This document shows positions 46,961-56,425 of a DNA stretch of 64,000 bases, piece after piece. This DNA comes from Treponemataceae bacterium (GTDB lineage Bacteria; Spirochaetota; Spirochaetia; Treponematales; Rectinemataceae), in assembly GCA_963667725.2 (NCBI GenBank), contig CAXXHO010000003.1, positions 1,760,001-1,824,000 of the forward strand. Reading direction: 5' to 3'. Made by a program: the position numbers and the translations under genes. The notes below the pieces were generated by a model. That model was not told the origin of the DNA and did no database searches. It worked only from the letters and a program-made list of their open reading frames with translations. The first letter of the stretch is position 1, and every line of letters starts with the position of its first letter.

Positions 46961-49615
46961 ATGAGAAAAAACAACCGAACACCGGCTCCCTCTCCTTCGC
47001 TCGTCAGGCCGCCGGCCAACGATCTCGCCGAAGCTGTCCTCTCGGGACTCGCACTCATTCTCGTCTACGCCGTGCTGGTTTCCCGCTTCGATATGAGGCT
47101 GCTGTTTTCCGATACGATAATCACGGGAGGGGACAGCGCATCCTGGTTCCAGGTGCTCTCGACGCTAAAGAACGATTTCCTGCCCAAGGGAAGGCTATTT
47201 GGATTCAGCCAGGGTAATTTCTTCGGCTATCTCGAGGGACAGCATTATTTCATCCTTCCCTTCTTCTCCGCGGCTCTCCTGGGTTTCGTCCTCCCCCTCA
47301 CCGTGGCGCTGAAAATCGCGACGGTCGCGGGCGGCTTCGCCCTTCCCCTGACGATGTTCATAGCCGCGTCTTCCATCTCGGGACGAAAGAGAGCCGGAGC
47401 CCTGGCCTCGGCTTCGAGCCTGCTTTTTCTGTTCAACGAATCCTATTCCATCTTCGGCGGCAACTGGCTCTCCACCTTCGCGGGGGAATTCTGCTTTTCC
47501 TGGGCGATCGCCATATTGCCTCTCCTCGTTGCCTCTGTCGTCGCCGACATGCGCCGCCATCGCAGGGGAATCCTTTCCGGCATACTGCTCGGTCTCATCG
47601 GGCTCTCGCACTTTTTCGTTTTCATGCCGGCGTTTTTCCTGCCCTTCTTTCCAGCCTTCACGATGCTGCCGAAACTCCTCAAAAAGAAGAAGACTCGTAC
47701 GCGCGAATCGGAAACCGCCCGCGAAGACGCGGGAACCACGCTCAGAATAGCGGCGACCTACGCGATCGCCTTCCTCCTGATGTCGTTCTGGCTGCTCCCG
47801 ATGGCCGCGACCAGAACCTGGGCGCAGCCGATCAGCATCATCTGGCGCTTTTCCTCGTTCAAGGACTTCGCCAGGCAGACGCTCGCCTGGGTTTGGGTTT
47901 CCCTCGCGCTCGTCTTTCTGGGCGTCTCGCTATCCAAGAAGATCACCCGCGACGAACGCCGCTTCCTGGCCGTAATCCTCTATGGCCTGGCGGCCTGCGC
48001 CTTCCTTTTCTATGTGGCGCCCGGCCTGGGGATGCCTGACATACGTTTCATTCCTTCGGCCCTTCTGCTCTGCGCCCTGGGCGCTTCCATCCTCTGCGAA
48101 AGTCTCCTGTCGAGGATGGGAATTCCAGGCCAGCTGACCGCGGGAACAGGCAGGTTCAAGTTCCTAGAATCCGCCCTCCCCTCGCTGGCGGTTTTCGCCC
48201 TTGCCGCGGTGGCTTCCTTTGGCTCGGCCGGTATGGCCAGGAACGCCTCCGGATGGTTTCGCTGGAATTATTCAGGCTACGAAGCCAAGACGGAATGGCC
48301 GGCGATGCGCGCCCTCGGAGAAGGATACAGAGGCGAAGCCGACGATGGGCGATTTCTCTGGGAAAAACAGGACCAACGCGACAACCAGGATTTCGGGTCG
48401 GAACGCGCTTTCGAAAACCTGCCCCTTTTCACGGGCCATCCGACTTCGGAGGGCATCCATTACGGTTCGAGCATGATGGCGAGGGCCAGCACCTATCTCC
48501 AGAGTTCATATTCGCCCAATCCCGTCGACCCGGAGATGGAGCGCATCTATTCGGAAATCGACCCACAGTCCTGGTCAGCGCGATTTTCCCTCCTCAACGC
48601 GCGCTACATCATCACGCATTCATCGACGATCACGCCTTTGTTCGCCGCTCATCCTTCTTTCGCCCTGGATTCGGCGAGAGGCAAGTTTTCCGTGTTCAGG
48701 TTCCTGGATTATCAGGATCGCTATGTCGAGGCTTTGCCCGAAAATGCCCTGTCCATCGTCAAAGCGGGAGCGGGCGGTTTCAAGACCGATTACTACCGTT
48801 TTTTCAGGGAATACGAACTCTACGGCCATCCTTTCGTAAGCTCGGAATTCTCCGACGCGGCGCTCGAAGCGCTGGGAAAAAGCTCAGGGAACCTCTGGGA
48901 GAATTATGACGACTACAGGAATCTCTTTCTCGCCAAGGAGGCCCTCTCCTCCGCGATGACACCTTCCGGCGGGAAAAGCCAGATCAGCGGCGAGCATGTC
49001 GATAATTTTTCGATTCGCTTCGACACCGCTTCGCCCGGAACGCCTCATTACATCAAGATTTCCTACGCGCCGGGATGGAAATCCCGCGGCGGCGAAAAAA
49101 TATATCCGGTGTCTCCGGGCTTCATGCTGGTCATTCCAAAAACCGGGCATGTCGAACTCATCTACGGCAGAACTGTCTGGGAAATTCTCGGGCTGCTGCT
49201 TAGTTTTCTAAGCCTGCCGGCGGCGCTGCTGTTCTGGAAAACTCATCCGGGACGACGCTTCCCCTGGAGACTCCTGTTTCGGCTGGCCTTCGCCGCTTTT
49301 GCCCTTGCCGCCATCTTCCTGGTACTCCAGACTTCAGCCGGTCTTCCCGCTCTGGCAAGGGATATCGATGAGGCGCGGAGGCTCAATCTTTCGGCGCCGG
49401 CGCAGAGGGAAAAAGCCCTCGCCCTCGTCGAACCCTGGGCCACCGCGGAAAACCTGGAACGCTTCGACAACAAGCTCGCCTTCGACGCTTTCAGGATAAA
49501 GGCCCTTGCCCTGCTTCGCGAAGGAAAAGCCGAAGAGGCCGCGGCGGCTTTGGACATACTGCGGACGCGATACCCCCATACCAGAGCGCTGAACGGCTTG
49601 CCGAATCTGCGATAG
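46961..49615 (+). CDS. Large polytopic membrane protein, probable GT-C fold glycosyltransferase (PTPS-related/YfhO-like)
   Basis: GGDSASW first loop, GGNWLSTFAGEF, many TMs, periplasmic domain with KISYAPGWKS..IYPVSPGFMLV, TPR-like tail. Confidence 0.7.
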   Translation: MRKNNRTPAPSPSLVRPPANDLAEAVLSGLALILVYAVLVSRFDMRLLFSDTIITGGDSASWFQVLSTLKNDFLPKGRLFGFSQGNFFGYLEGQHYFILPFFSAALLGFVLPLTVALKIATVAGGFALPLTMFIAASSISGRKRAGALASASSLLFLFNESYSIFGGNWLSTFAGEFCFSWAIAILPLLVASVVADMRRHRRGILSGILLGLIGLSHFFVFMPAFFLPFFPAFTMLPKLLKKKKTRTRESETAREDAGTTLRIAATYAIAFLLMSFWLLPMAATRTWAQPISIIWRFSSFKDFARQTLAWVWVSLALVFLGVSLSKKITRDERRFLAVILYGLAACAFLFYVAPGLGMPDIRFIPSALLLCALGASILCESLLSRMGIPGQLTAGTGRFKFLESALPSLAVFALAAVASFGSAGMARNASGWFRWNYSGYEAKTEWPAMRALGEGYRGEADDGRFLWEKQDQRDNQDFGSERAFENLPLFTGHPTSEGIHYGSSMMARASTYLQSSYSPNPVDPEMERIYSEIDPQSWSARFSLLNARYIITHSSTITPLFAAHPSFALDSARGKFSVFRFLDYQDRYVEALPENALSIVKAGAGGFKTDYYRFFREYELYGHPFVSSEFSDAALEALGKSSGNLWENYDDYRNLFLAKEALSSAMTPSGGKSQISGEHVDNFSIRFDTASPGTPHYIKISYAPGWKSRGGEKIYPVSPGFMLVIPKTGHVELIYGRTVWEILGLLLSFLSLPAALLFWKTHPGRRFPWRLLFRLAFAAFALAAIFLVLQTSAGLPALARDIDEARRLNLSAPAQREKALALVEPWATAENLERFDNKLAFDAFRIKALALLREGKAEEAAAALDILRTRYPHTRALNGLPNLR

Positions 49616-49693
49616 GGCATCGAAGTTATAGACGCATTATCGAAATTTGAATTATAGTTTCCAAAACGGCTCCAGGGAAAATAAGGAAAAATT

Positions 49694-50626
49694 ATGGTTA
49701 AAAAAAAGTCAGCTGATTTTGAGAACGAAACCATACTCCAAACCCTTTGGGAGAATTCTCCCGACGCTATCATCATCATCCATCCAGACGGGAAGATACT
49801 ACGGGCCAACACGAAGGCGCTGCAGTTTTTCGGAATGGGCGGCAGGATATCGATGGATGGGCTGAACGTTTTCGACGCTATACTGCCTGAGGACCAGAAC
49901 AGGGCCAGGACCAATATCGGCAGAGTCGCCATGAACGAGGAGCTCCAGGAAGCCGAGTATAAGTTGAACACCCCCGATGGGTCGCTGCTCTGGCGATCCA
50001 TCAGGACAAAGCTCCTCTCCGGTCCGGAGGATGAGGAGAAAAAGATACTCATCGTGCTCAGGGACATCACCGATCAAAAAAACATGGAAGAGCACCTCCG
50101 CAGCCTGGCGGTAACCGATGACCTCACGGGCCTTTACAATCGCCGCGGCTTCGCTCTCGCGGCCGAGCAGGAGCTGAGGCATGCCTTCAGAAGGAAGGAA
50201 GAGCTCACGCTTCTCTTTTTCGATATAGATAATCTGAAAATGATCAACGACACCTTCGGCCATATCGAAGGCGACAAGGTTATCAAGTCCGCCGCCATGG
50301 CGCTGCGTTCCATATTCCGGGAGTCTGATATCGTAGCCCGATGGGGAGGGGACGAGTTCGTTGTCCTCGCCCTGGACGTTCCCAACGGAAGGGTTCCTGT
50401 CCTTCTGGAAAGGCTGGATAAAGGGCTGAAGCAGTACAACGAGCTGAACGCCGATTCCTACGCGCTGATGTTCAGTTTGGGAATCGCGAATTACGATTCG
50501 GAAAAACCCTTCAACTTGAGCGAGATGGTGCGGATCGCCGATAAAATGATGTACAAGGACAAGCAGGAGAAGAAATTGTCCCGCAGCGCGATCCTGAACT
50601 ACAACCGCAGCGAAGCGGCGTTCTAA
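49694..50626 (+). CDS. PAS-GGDEF diguanylate cyclase
   Basis: PAS/PAC; TDDLTGLYNRRG, INDTFGH, RESD I-site, RWGGDEF. Confidence 0.95.
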   Translation: MVKKKSADFENETILQTLWENSPDAIIIIHPDGKILRANTKALQFFGMGGRISMDGLNVFDAILPEDQNRARTNIGRVAMNEELQEAEYKLNTPDGSLLWRSIRTKLLSGPEDEEKKILIVLRDITDQKNMEEHLRSLAVTDDLTGLYNRRGFALAAEQELRHAFRRKEELTLLFFDIDNLKMINDTFGHIEGDKVIKSAAMALRSIFRESDIVARWGGDEFVVLALDVPNGRVPVLLERLDKGLKQYNELNADSYALMFSLGIANYDSEKPFNLSEMVRIADKMMYKDKQEKKLSRSAILNYNRSEAAF

Positions 50627-50658
50627 TGACGGCGCTCTAGTAAGGCCGCCGCGGAAGC

Positions 50659-51729
50659 CTACCTTTTACCCTCTATGACATAACCGACGCCAGTCCATAC
50701 GTTCTCGAACTCGGCGAGTTTATAGCGCCGGGGCACTTCCGCGGGGTCGGCCGCCGCCGGATCGTTCACCAGCACGTCGAAGCCGCCCGATTCATTCTTC
50801 TGAAGCCCCGCGATGAGTACCAGGTGTCCGTTCGTCTTCTTGATGGGCGCGGCGCTCAGCTGTCCCTCGGCGAATCTTATGCTCGCGATGATTATACGCC
50901 CCGCTGAAAGCTCGCTCACGATCATCTCGATGCTGGGGAAAAAGTCCAGTCTCGCCCTCAGCCCAAGACGCCAGAGAGAAGCCACGTTGAAAGGCCAATT
51001 CCCGTAGATTTTCGCGCCCGCGTCGTAGCAGTCCGCAGCCACAAAGGCGGTGGGCAGGTAGACGCCGAAATGCTGCAGCGCCATCGCCCCGCAGGTGGGG
51101 GAACATATTCTGCCGCGAATTTCCGCGGCCTCCGTCATCTGTGACCGACAGGGCACCTTGCCGGCCTTTTCCTGGAGAAGATAGGGCCGCGCGGTGGCTC
51201 GAGCGATGCTCCGGTCACGGGTTATGACGCCCATGCGTTTTACGATGGCGGCTCCATTCTTATCCTCGCCGGCTGAAAGCTCCATTTTCAGCCTGTAGCG
51301 TTCAGATTTCGCGGCCAGGATCAAGATATCCGTTTCGACGCGGGCCGTTTCGTCAGCGCAGGAAGCGCTGGCCGCTATCCTCGACCACCTTCCCATGGGG
51401 TACCAGCGCGACCATTGCGCGCCGCGTTCCGCCTGGAGGAATACTTCGACCGATCCTTCCCCCGCGGTATCGGCGTTCCACCATGGAAGCAGCCAATCGA
51501 AGGCGGGAGCGCTTATAGGATCGGTTTTCATGGTTCCGAAAGGGGAGCCGGAAGCGAGCTGAAGCCCAGCGGGAGACACGATCAGCCCCTCGAGTTTAAA
51601 GCCGATGTCATGCACCGGCGAATACGATCCCTTGAGATCGGTCCAGGGATCGGTTCCGAAAGACCAGAGGATTCTCATCGCTCCATAGGATGATGAGGAA
51701 AGTATGGCCGCGTCATCGGTTTCGCTCAT
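50659..51729 (-). CDS. Peptidase C39-like family protein
   Basis: SQM...ICSPT, YGNWPFN, GHLVLIAG, VNDPAA catalytic Cys/His/Asp layout. Confidence 0.8.
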   Translation of the reverse strand: MSETDDAAILSSSSYGAMRILWSFGTDPWTDLKGSYSPVHDIGFKLEGLIVSPAGLQLASGSPFGTMKTDPISAPAFDWLLPWWNADTAGEGSVEVFLQAERGAQWSRWYPMGRWSRIAASASCADETARVETDILILAAKSERYRLKMELSAGEDKNGAAIVKRMGVITRDRSIARATARPYLLQEKAGKVPCRSQMTEAAEIRGRICSPTCGAMALQHFGVYLPTAFVAADCYDAGAKIYGNWPFNVASLWRLGLRARLDFFPSIEMIVSELSAGRIIIASIRFAEGQLSAAPIKKTNGHLVLIAGLQKNESGGFDVLVNDPAAADPAEVPRRYKLAEFENVWTGVGYVIEGKR

Positions 51730-51735
51730 GGTGGC

Positions 51736-51764
51736 ATGATATACCGAGGCTGATCACAAAGCAA
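51736..51764 (-). promoter_or_regulatory. Sigma70-like promoter (leaderless) for C39 gene
   Basis: Minus strand TTGCTT-17-TATCAT, 6 nt before ATG. Confidence 0.65.
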
Positions 51765-51795
51765 ATATCTTTATCGCGCGGGGCGTCTTTCAGCC

Positions 51796-51825
51796 TTGAA
51801 TCGAGGCGGCGCTTCGTCATAGGAT
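51796..51825 (+). promoter_or_regulatory. Sigma70-like promoter for GDPD gene
   Basis: TTGAAT-18-TAGGAT, 6 nt before ATG 51832. Confidence 0.5.
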
Positions 51826-51831
51826 GAGGGC

Positions 51832-52839
51832 ATGAAAGGCTTATCGCCAATATGGAATCAGCGGAGTGAAATCATGGGCATCAAGCTCCCGAACCCTTTC
51901 CGAGTCCTGCTTGCCGCGGGCTTCCTGACTGCACTATTGACGGCCTGTTCCACTCCAAACATCCGGGCCTCCTCTGGAGGAGCCACCGGGAAGGAAGATA
52001 CTAATATGGCTGCTTCATCTGTTGTGCTGGTCATGGCTCATCGCGGTTTCAGGGGCATCGCCCCAGAAAACACCCTCCTTGCCGCCCAGAAAGGCTACGA
52101 CAGCGGCGCCGATTATTGGGAAACCGATGTGGCCGCGTCCTCCGACGGCGAGTTGGTCATCATGCACGACGACAACTTGGCGCGGACCTCCAACGTGAAG
52201 GTTCTTTTCCCGGAACGGAAGCCCTGGACCGTCTATGACTTCACCCTCGCCGAACTGAGAAGCCTGGATGCCGGATCCTGGTACGCGAAGGCCGACCCCT
52301 TCAAGCAGATCGCCGCCGGTCGCGTCACTCGGGAGGATCAGGGCGGCTTCGCGGCGCAGAAGGTCCCCACGCTTGCCGAGGCCCTCGAATTGACCAAGAG
52401 GAATGGGTGGAAGGTGAATGTGGAGATCAAGGACGCGACCGGCCATGCCTGCGACCCCTGGCTTGTCGAAAAGGTGGCTGAGCTCGTAAAGTCCATGGAT
52501 ATGACCGAATCGGTCATCATCTCTTCCTTCAATCATGAATACCTTGTACGGATGAAGAAGGCCGCTCCCAAAATTCAGGTGGCGGCGCTCATAGATAAGC
52601 CTATCGCCGATCCCGTGGCTACGCTCAAGCGCATCGGAGCCATCGCGCTCAATCCCAATTTCAAATATCTGGACGAGGAAACCGTCAAGCAGGTAAGAGC
52701 CGCCGGCTTCAACGTCTACGTATGGACGCCCAACGAAAAGGCTGACATGGAAAGGCTCGTCAAATGGGGGGTTACCGCGCTTATCACCGATTTCCCCGAC
52801 AGGGCTCTTTCCGTGCTCGGACGCGCCGAGGGACATTGA
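51832..52839 (+). CDS. Glycerophosphodiester phosphodiesterase, predicted lipoprotein
   Basis: LTAC lipobox; AHRGF..APENT, ETDV, HDDNLART, NVEIK, SSFN, VWTPN, ITDFP; start could be 51874. Confidence 0.92.
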   Translation: MKGLSPIWNQRSEIMGIKLPNPFRVLLAAGFLTALLTACSTPNIRASSGGATGKEDTNMAASSVVLVMAHRGFRGIAPENTLLAAQKGYDSGADYWETDVAASSDGELVIMHDDNLARTSNVKVLFPERKPWTVYDFTLAELRSLDAGSWYAKADPFKQIAAGRVTREDQGGFAAQKVPTLAEALELTKRNGWKVNVEIKDATGHACDPWLVEKVAELVKSMDMTESVIISSFNHEYLVRMKKAAPKIQVAALIDKPIADPVATLKRIGAIALNPNFKYLDEETVKQVRAAGFNVYVWTPNEKADMERLVKWGVTALITDFPDRALSVLGRAEGH

Positions 52840-52996
52840 CCGCCGGCAGGTAAAAGACTGGCGTATGAATGGCCGGGAGAATCGCCTCTCCCTCAACTAT
52901 TTGCAGATTTTCATTGCCAGCCTGGGTTTTACAGTTTAAACTAGGCAACGTACTGGCGGGCTTTAAGCCCAACTTAAGTTTTCAAGGAGGCATTTG

Positions 52997-54298
52997 ATGA
53001 AGAAAATTGCACTGGTGGCAATGGTCTTCCTGATGGTCGCCGGCGCCTACGCGCAGACGAACATCGAATTCTGGCATGCTATGACGGGTAAAAACGGACA
53101 GATGGTTCAGACCCTGGCGGATAAATTCAACGCTACCCAGAATGATTACAAAGTAGTTCCGGTTTTCAAGGGCTCCTACAGCGATACGATGAATGCCGGC
53201 ATCGCGGCTTTCCGCGCCGGACAGGCCCCCGCCATTCTTCAGGTCTATGAAGTCGGAACCGCGACCATGATGGCGGCCAAGGGCGCCGTGAAGCCGGTTT
53301 ACCAGCTCATGGCCGAGAACAGCGAAAAGTTCGATCCCAAGGTCTATATCCCCACGATCACCGGCTACTATTCCACATCCAAGGGCGAGATGCTCTCCCT
53401 GCCTTTCAATTCATCCACTGCTGTCATGTACTACAACAAGGATGCGTTCAAGAAGGCCGGCCTCGATCCGGAAAAAGCTCCCGCCACCTGGCCCGAATTC
53501 TTCGACTATGCCAAAAAGCTCAAGGCTTCCGGCATGGAAGGCGGATTCTCCACCAACTGGATTTCCTGGATCCAGCTTGAGAACTTTTCCGCATGGCATA
53601 ACCTTCCCTTCGGAACCCGCAATAATGGTTTCGATGGTCTCGACACCCAGCTCGTCTTTAATTCGCCTAAAGTCATCGAGCATCTGCAGACGATCTATGA
53701 TCTGTCCAAAGACGGCACCTTCATCTATGGCGGACGCGAAAACAAGGCCAACCCCCTCTTCTCCTCCGGCAAGGTCGCCATGCATTTCGAATCCATCGGC
53801 GGTTATGCCAACTTCAAGGCCAACTGCAAATTCGATTTTGGCGTCGCGAGACTCCCCTACTATCCCGACGTCAAGGGCGCTCCTCAGAACTCCATCATCG
53901 GCGGCGCGAGCCTCTGGGTTCTCAACGGCAAGTCCAAGGGCGAGTACAAGGGCGTAGCGGATTTCTTCGGCTTCATTTCCCAGCCCGAGATGCAGGCGCT
54001 TTGGCACCAGAACACCGGCTACCTGCCCATCACCACGGCGGCCTATGAGCTCACCAAGTCGCAGGGTTTCTATGCCACCAACCCCGGTCCCGAAGTCGCC
54101 ATCAAACAGCTGCTGAACAAGGCGCCCACCGGCAATTCCATGGGCATCCGCTTCGGCAACTTCAACATCATCCGCGAAATCGAAGACCAGACCTGGGAAG
54201 ACATCCTGGCCGGCAAGATTTCCGTGAAAGACGGCGTCGCCAAGATGGTCAAAGACGGCAACAAGACGCTCCGCGAGTTCGAACGCCTCAACAAGTAA
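52997..54298 (+). CDS. ugpB: sn-glycerol-3-phosphate ABC transporter substrate-binding protein
   Basis: FWHAM, GIAAFRAGQAPAILQVYEVGTATMMA, PFNSST, QLENFSAWH, APQNSIIGGASLW. Confidence 0.93.
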   Translation: MKKIALVAMVFLMVAGAYAQTNIEFWHAMTGKNGQMVQTLADKFNATQNDYKVVPVFKGSYSDTMNAGIAAFRAGQAPAILQVYEVGTATMMAAKGAVKPVYQLMAENSEKFDPKVYIPTITGYYSTSKGEMLSLPFNSSTAVMYYNKDAFKKAGLDPEKAPATWPEFFDYAKKLKASGMEGGFSTNWISWIQLENFSAWHNLPFGTRNNGFDGLDTQLVFNSPKVIEHLQTIYDLSKDGTFIYGGRENKANPLFSSGKVAMHFESIGGYANFKANCKFDFGVARLPYYPDVKGAPQNSIIGGASLWVLNGKSKGEYKGVADFFGFISQPEMQALWHQNTGYLPITTAAYELTKSQGFYATNPGPEVAIKQLLNKAPTGNSMGIRFGNFNIIREIEDQTWEDILAGKISVKDGVAKMVKDGNKTLREFERLNK

Positions 54299-54320
54299 GT
54301 TCATATTTTCGAGGATTCAT

Positions 54321-54348
54321 AGGGGCTGCCCTCCGGGCGGCCCCTTTT
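54321..54348 (+). terminator. Intra-operon terminator/stabilising hairpin after ugpB
   Basis: AGGGGCTGCCC-TCC-GGGCGGCCCC-TTTT. Confidence 0.75.
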
Positions 54349-54427
54349 CACGAATTGCACTGGCCCGGCATGGATGCCTTCGATCCTCGGGCCAAGCTCC
54401 GATTCCATTCCAGTCTCAGGATGTTAT

Positions 54428-55312
54428 ATGGCAAAACAGTATGAATTCCCTTCCAAGGGCCTTCCCTATCTTCTGGTCCTCCCGCAGATGATCGTCGTGT
54501 TCCTCTTTTTCTTCTGGCCTTCAGCACAGGCCATCTGGCAGTCTTTTTTCCTCCAGGATCCTTTTGGGGGACGCGTCATTTTCGTCGGCTTCGAAAACTA
54601 CGCCAAGCTGCTGACCGATCCGGACTATTGGGCCTCATTCAGGGTATCGGTCCTCTTCGCCCTGGCCATCACCCTTTCATCGATGGCTATCGCCCTGTTT
54701 CTGGCCATACAGACCAACAAGAAAATACGTTTCGGCTCATTCTATAAAACCATGATGATTTGGCCCTATGCCGTCGCCACGATGGTGGCCGGCGTTCTCT
54801 GGCTTTTCATGTTCAACCCCAACGTCGGCGTCATCGCTTGGCTGCTGAAATATAAGATGGGCATTGACTGGAATCATCTCCTCAACACGAATCAGGCTTT
54901 TCTCCTTCTCACTATCGCGGCCAGCTGGAAGCAGATTTCCTACAATTTCGTTTTCTTTTTGGCGGGGCTCCAGGGCGTGCCCCTTCCTCTCGTCGAAGCG
55001 GCGGCGATCGATGGGGCCGGGCCGACCAAACGATTCTGGGCGATCATCTTTCCCCTGCTTTCGCCGACGACCTTCTACCTGCTCATCATGAACCTTGTCT
55101 ACGGCTTTTTCGAGACCTTCCCCATCGTCCACCAGGTAACGGCCGGCGGTCCGGGCAAATCCACGCAGATTCTCGTTTACAAGGTATGGCGCGATGGCGT
55201 CATCAACCTCGACCTCGGCGGTTCCTCGGCTCAGTCGGTCATTTTGATGATCATGGTCATAGGGCTCACCGTATTCCAGTTCCGCTTCATCGAGCGGAAA
55301 GTCACCTACTAA
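54428..55312 (+). CDS. ugpA: sn-glycerol-3-phosphate ABC transporter permease
   Basis: PYLLVLPQM, WKQISYNFVFFLAGLQ, EAAAIDGA, GGSSAQSVILM. Confidence 0.93.
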   Translation: MAKQYEFPSKGLPYLLVLPQMIVVFLFFFWPSAQAIWQSFFLQDPFGGRVIFVGFENYAKLLTDPDYWASFRVSVLFALAITLSSMAIALFLAIQTNKKIRFGSFYKTMMIWPYAVATMVAGVLWLFMFNPNVGVIAWLLKYKMGIDWNHLLNTNQAFLLLTIAASWKQISYNFVFFLAGLQGVPLPLVEAAAIDGAGPTKRFWAIIFPLLSPTTFYLLIMNLVYGFFETFPIVHQVTAGGPGKSTQILVYKVWRDGVINLDLGGSSAQSVILMIMVIGLTVFQFRFIERKVTY

Positions 55313-55323
55313 AGGAAGCCCCC

Positions 55324-56169
55324 ATGATCGAACAAAGAAAATCCGCCAGGGCTTTCCCCCATATCGTTCTCTGGATCGCCATCGTCATCATTGTGTTCCC
55401 GCTCTACTTTGTTTTCGTGGCATCCACGAGAACGAGCGCCGATATCCTGGCCGCGCCCATGCCGCTCTACCCGGGCACGCACTTTTTCGAAAACTACGGT
55501 CGGGCTCTCAGCGAGGGAGCCGTGAACCTCGGCGCTTCCGCCATGACCATGATGAAGAATTCATTCATCATGGCTATGGGCATCTCCATCGGAAAAATCC
55601 TCGTTTCCCTTCTGGCCGCCTTCGCCATCGTATTCTTCAATTTCAAGGGAAGAAAATTCTGCTTCTGGGCTATATTCATAACCCTGATGCTGCCGGTGGA
55701 AGTGCGCATCATGCCCACCTACAAGGTCATATCGGACTTAGGCCTGCTGAATTCCTACGCCGGCCTCATTCTGCCCATGATAGTGTCGGCTACGGCCGTC
55801 TTCCTCTTCAGGCAGTTCTTCATGTCGGTACCAAGGGAGATAGCCGAGGCTTCGCAGATCGACGGTGCCACGTCCATGCAGTTTTTCAGGACTATCCTGG
55901 TGCCCATGACCCGCACGCCCATCGCGGCCATGTTCGTCATCCAGTTCATCTACGGCTGGAACCAGTATCTCTGGCCGCTGCTGATCACCACGAAACAGGA
56001 ATACTACACGCTGCTCATCGGCATTAACCGCATGCTCTCGGGCGCCGACGTGCTCATAGAATGGCAGATCGTCATGGCCACGACGCTTCTGGCCTTGATT
56101 CCGCCCGTGCTCGTGGTTGTCATCATGCAGAAGCAGTTCGTGGCAGGCATGACCGATACCGAGAAATAG
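55324..56169 (+). CDS. ugpE: sn-glycerol-3-phosphate ABC transporter permease
   Basis: TLMLPVEVRI, SATAVFLFRQFF, FIYGWNQYLWPLL. Confidence 0.93.
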   Translation: MIEQRKSARAFPHIVLWIAIVIIVFPLYFVFVASTRTSADILAAPMPLYPGTHFFENYGRALSEGAVNLGASAMTMMKNSFIMAMGISIGKILVSLLAAFAIVFFNFKGRKFCFWAIFITLMLPVEVRIMPTYKVISDLGLLNSYAGLILPMIVSATAVFLFRQFFMSVPREIAEASQIDGATSMQFFRTILVPMTRTPIAAMFVIQFIYGWNQYLWPLLITTKQEYYTLLIGINRMLSGADVLIEWQIVMATTLLALIPPVLVVVIMQKQFVAGMTDTEK

Positions 56170-56180
56170 CGGAGATTTTT

Positions 56181-56420
56181 ACAGGATACCGGGATAAGCA
56201 GGATTTACGGGAAAGATAAATTGAGGTTGAAGAAAGAGAAGGAAAGAAGCGGTATATGCGATGGCGCGGTCAAATAGGGGCCGCGCAACGCCGATGTGAA
56301 CCGTTTTTGACCCTAAAGTAAATGAAGCATTAAAAGGCCGGCCATCTTCCGATGGCCGGCCTTTCTCTATAACTGACTATTCTTACCTGTTTATCCTGTA
56401 CGATCCTGTAATCCTGTCCA
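56181..56420. repeat. Inverted arrays of ACAGGAT-like heptamers bounding a ~240-bp intergenic element (MITE/REP-like)
   Basis: Left units at 56181, 56189, 56198, 56207; right ATCCTGT-like units at 56384, 56393, 56403, 56411. Confidence 0.7.
56332..56364. terminator. Bidirectional rho-independent terminator
   Basis: AAAGGCCGGCCATC-TTCC-GATGGCCGGCCTTT between convergent ugpE and uxaC. Confidence 0.9.
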
Positions 56421-56425
56421 ATTTT

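Noticed and set aside
50659..51729. C39 peptidase as part of a bacteriocin/RiPP system
   Set aside because: It is not fused to an ABC transporter, and no precursor peptide or modification genes are nearby.
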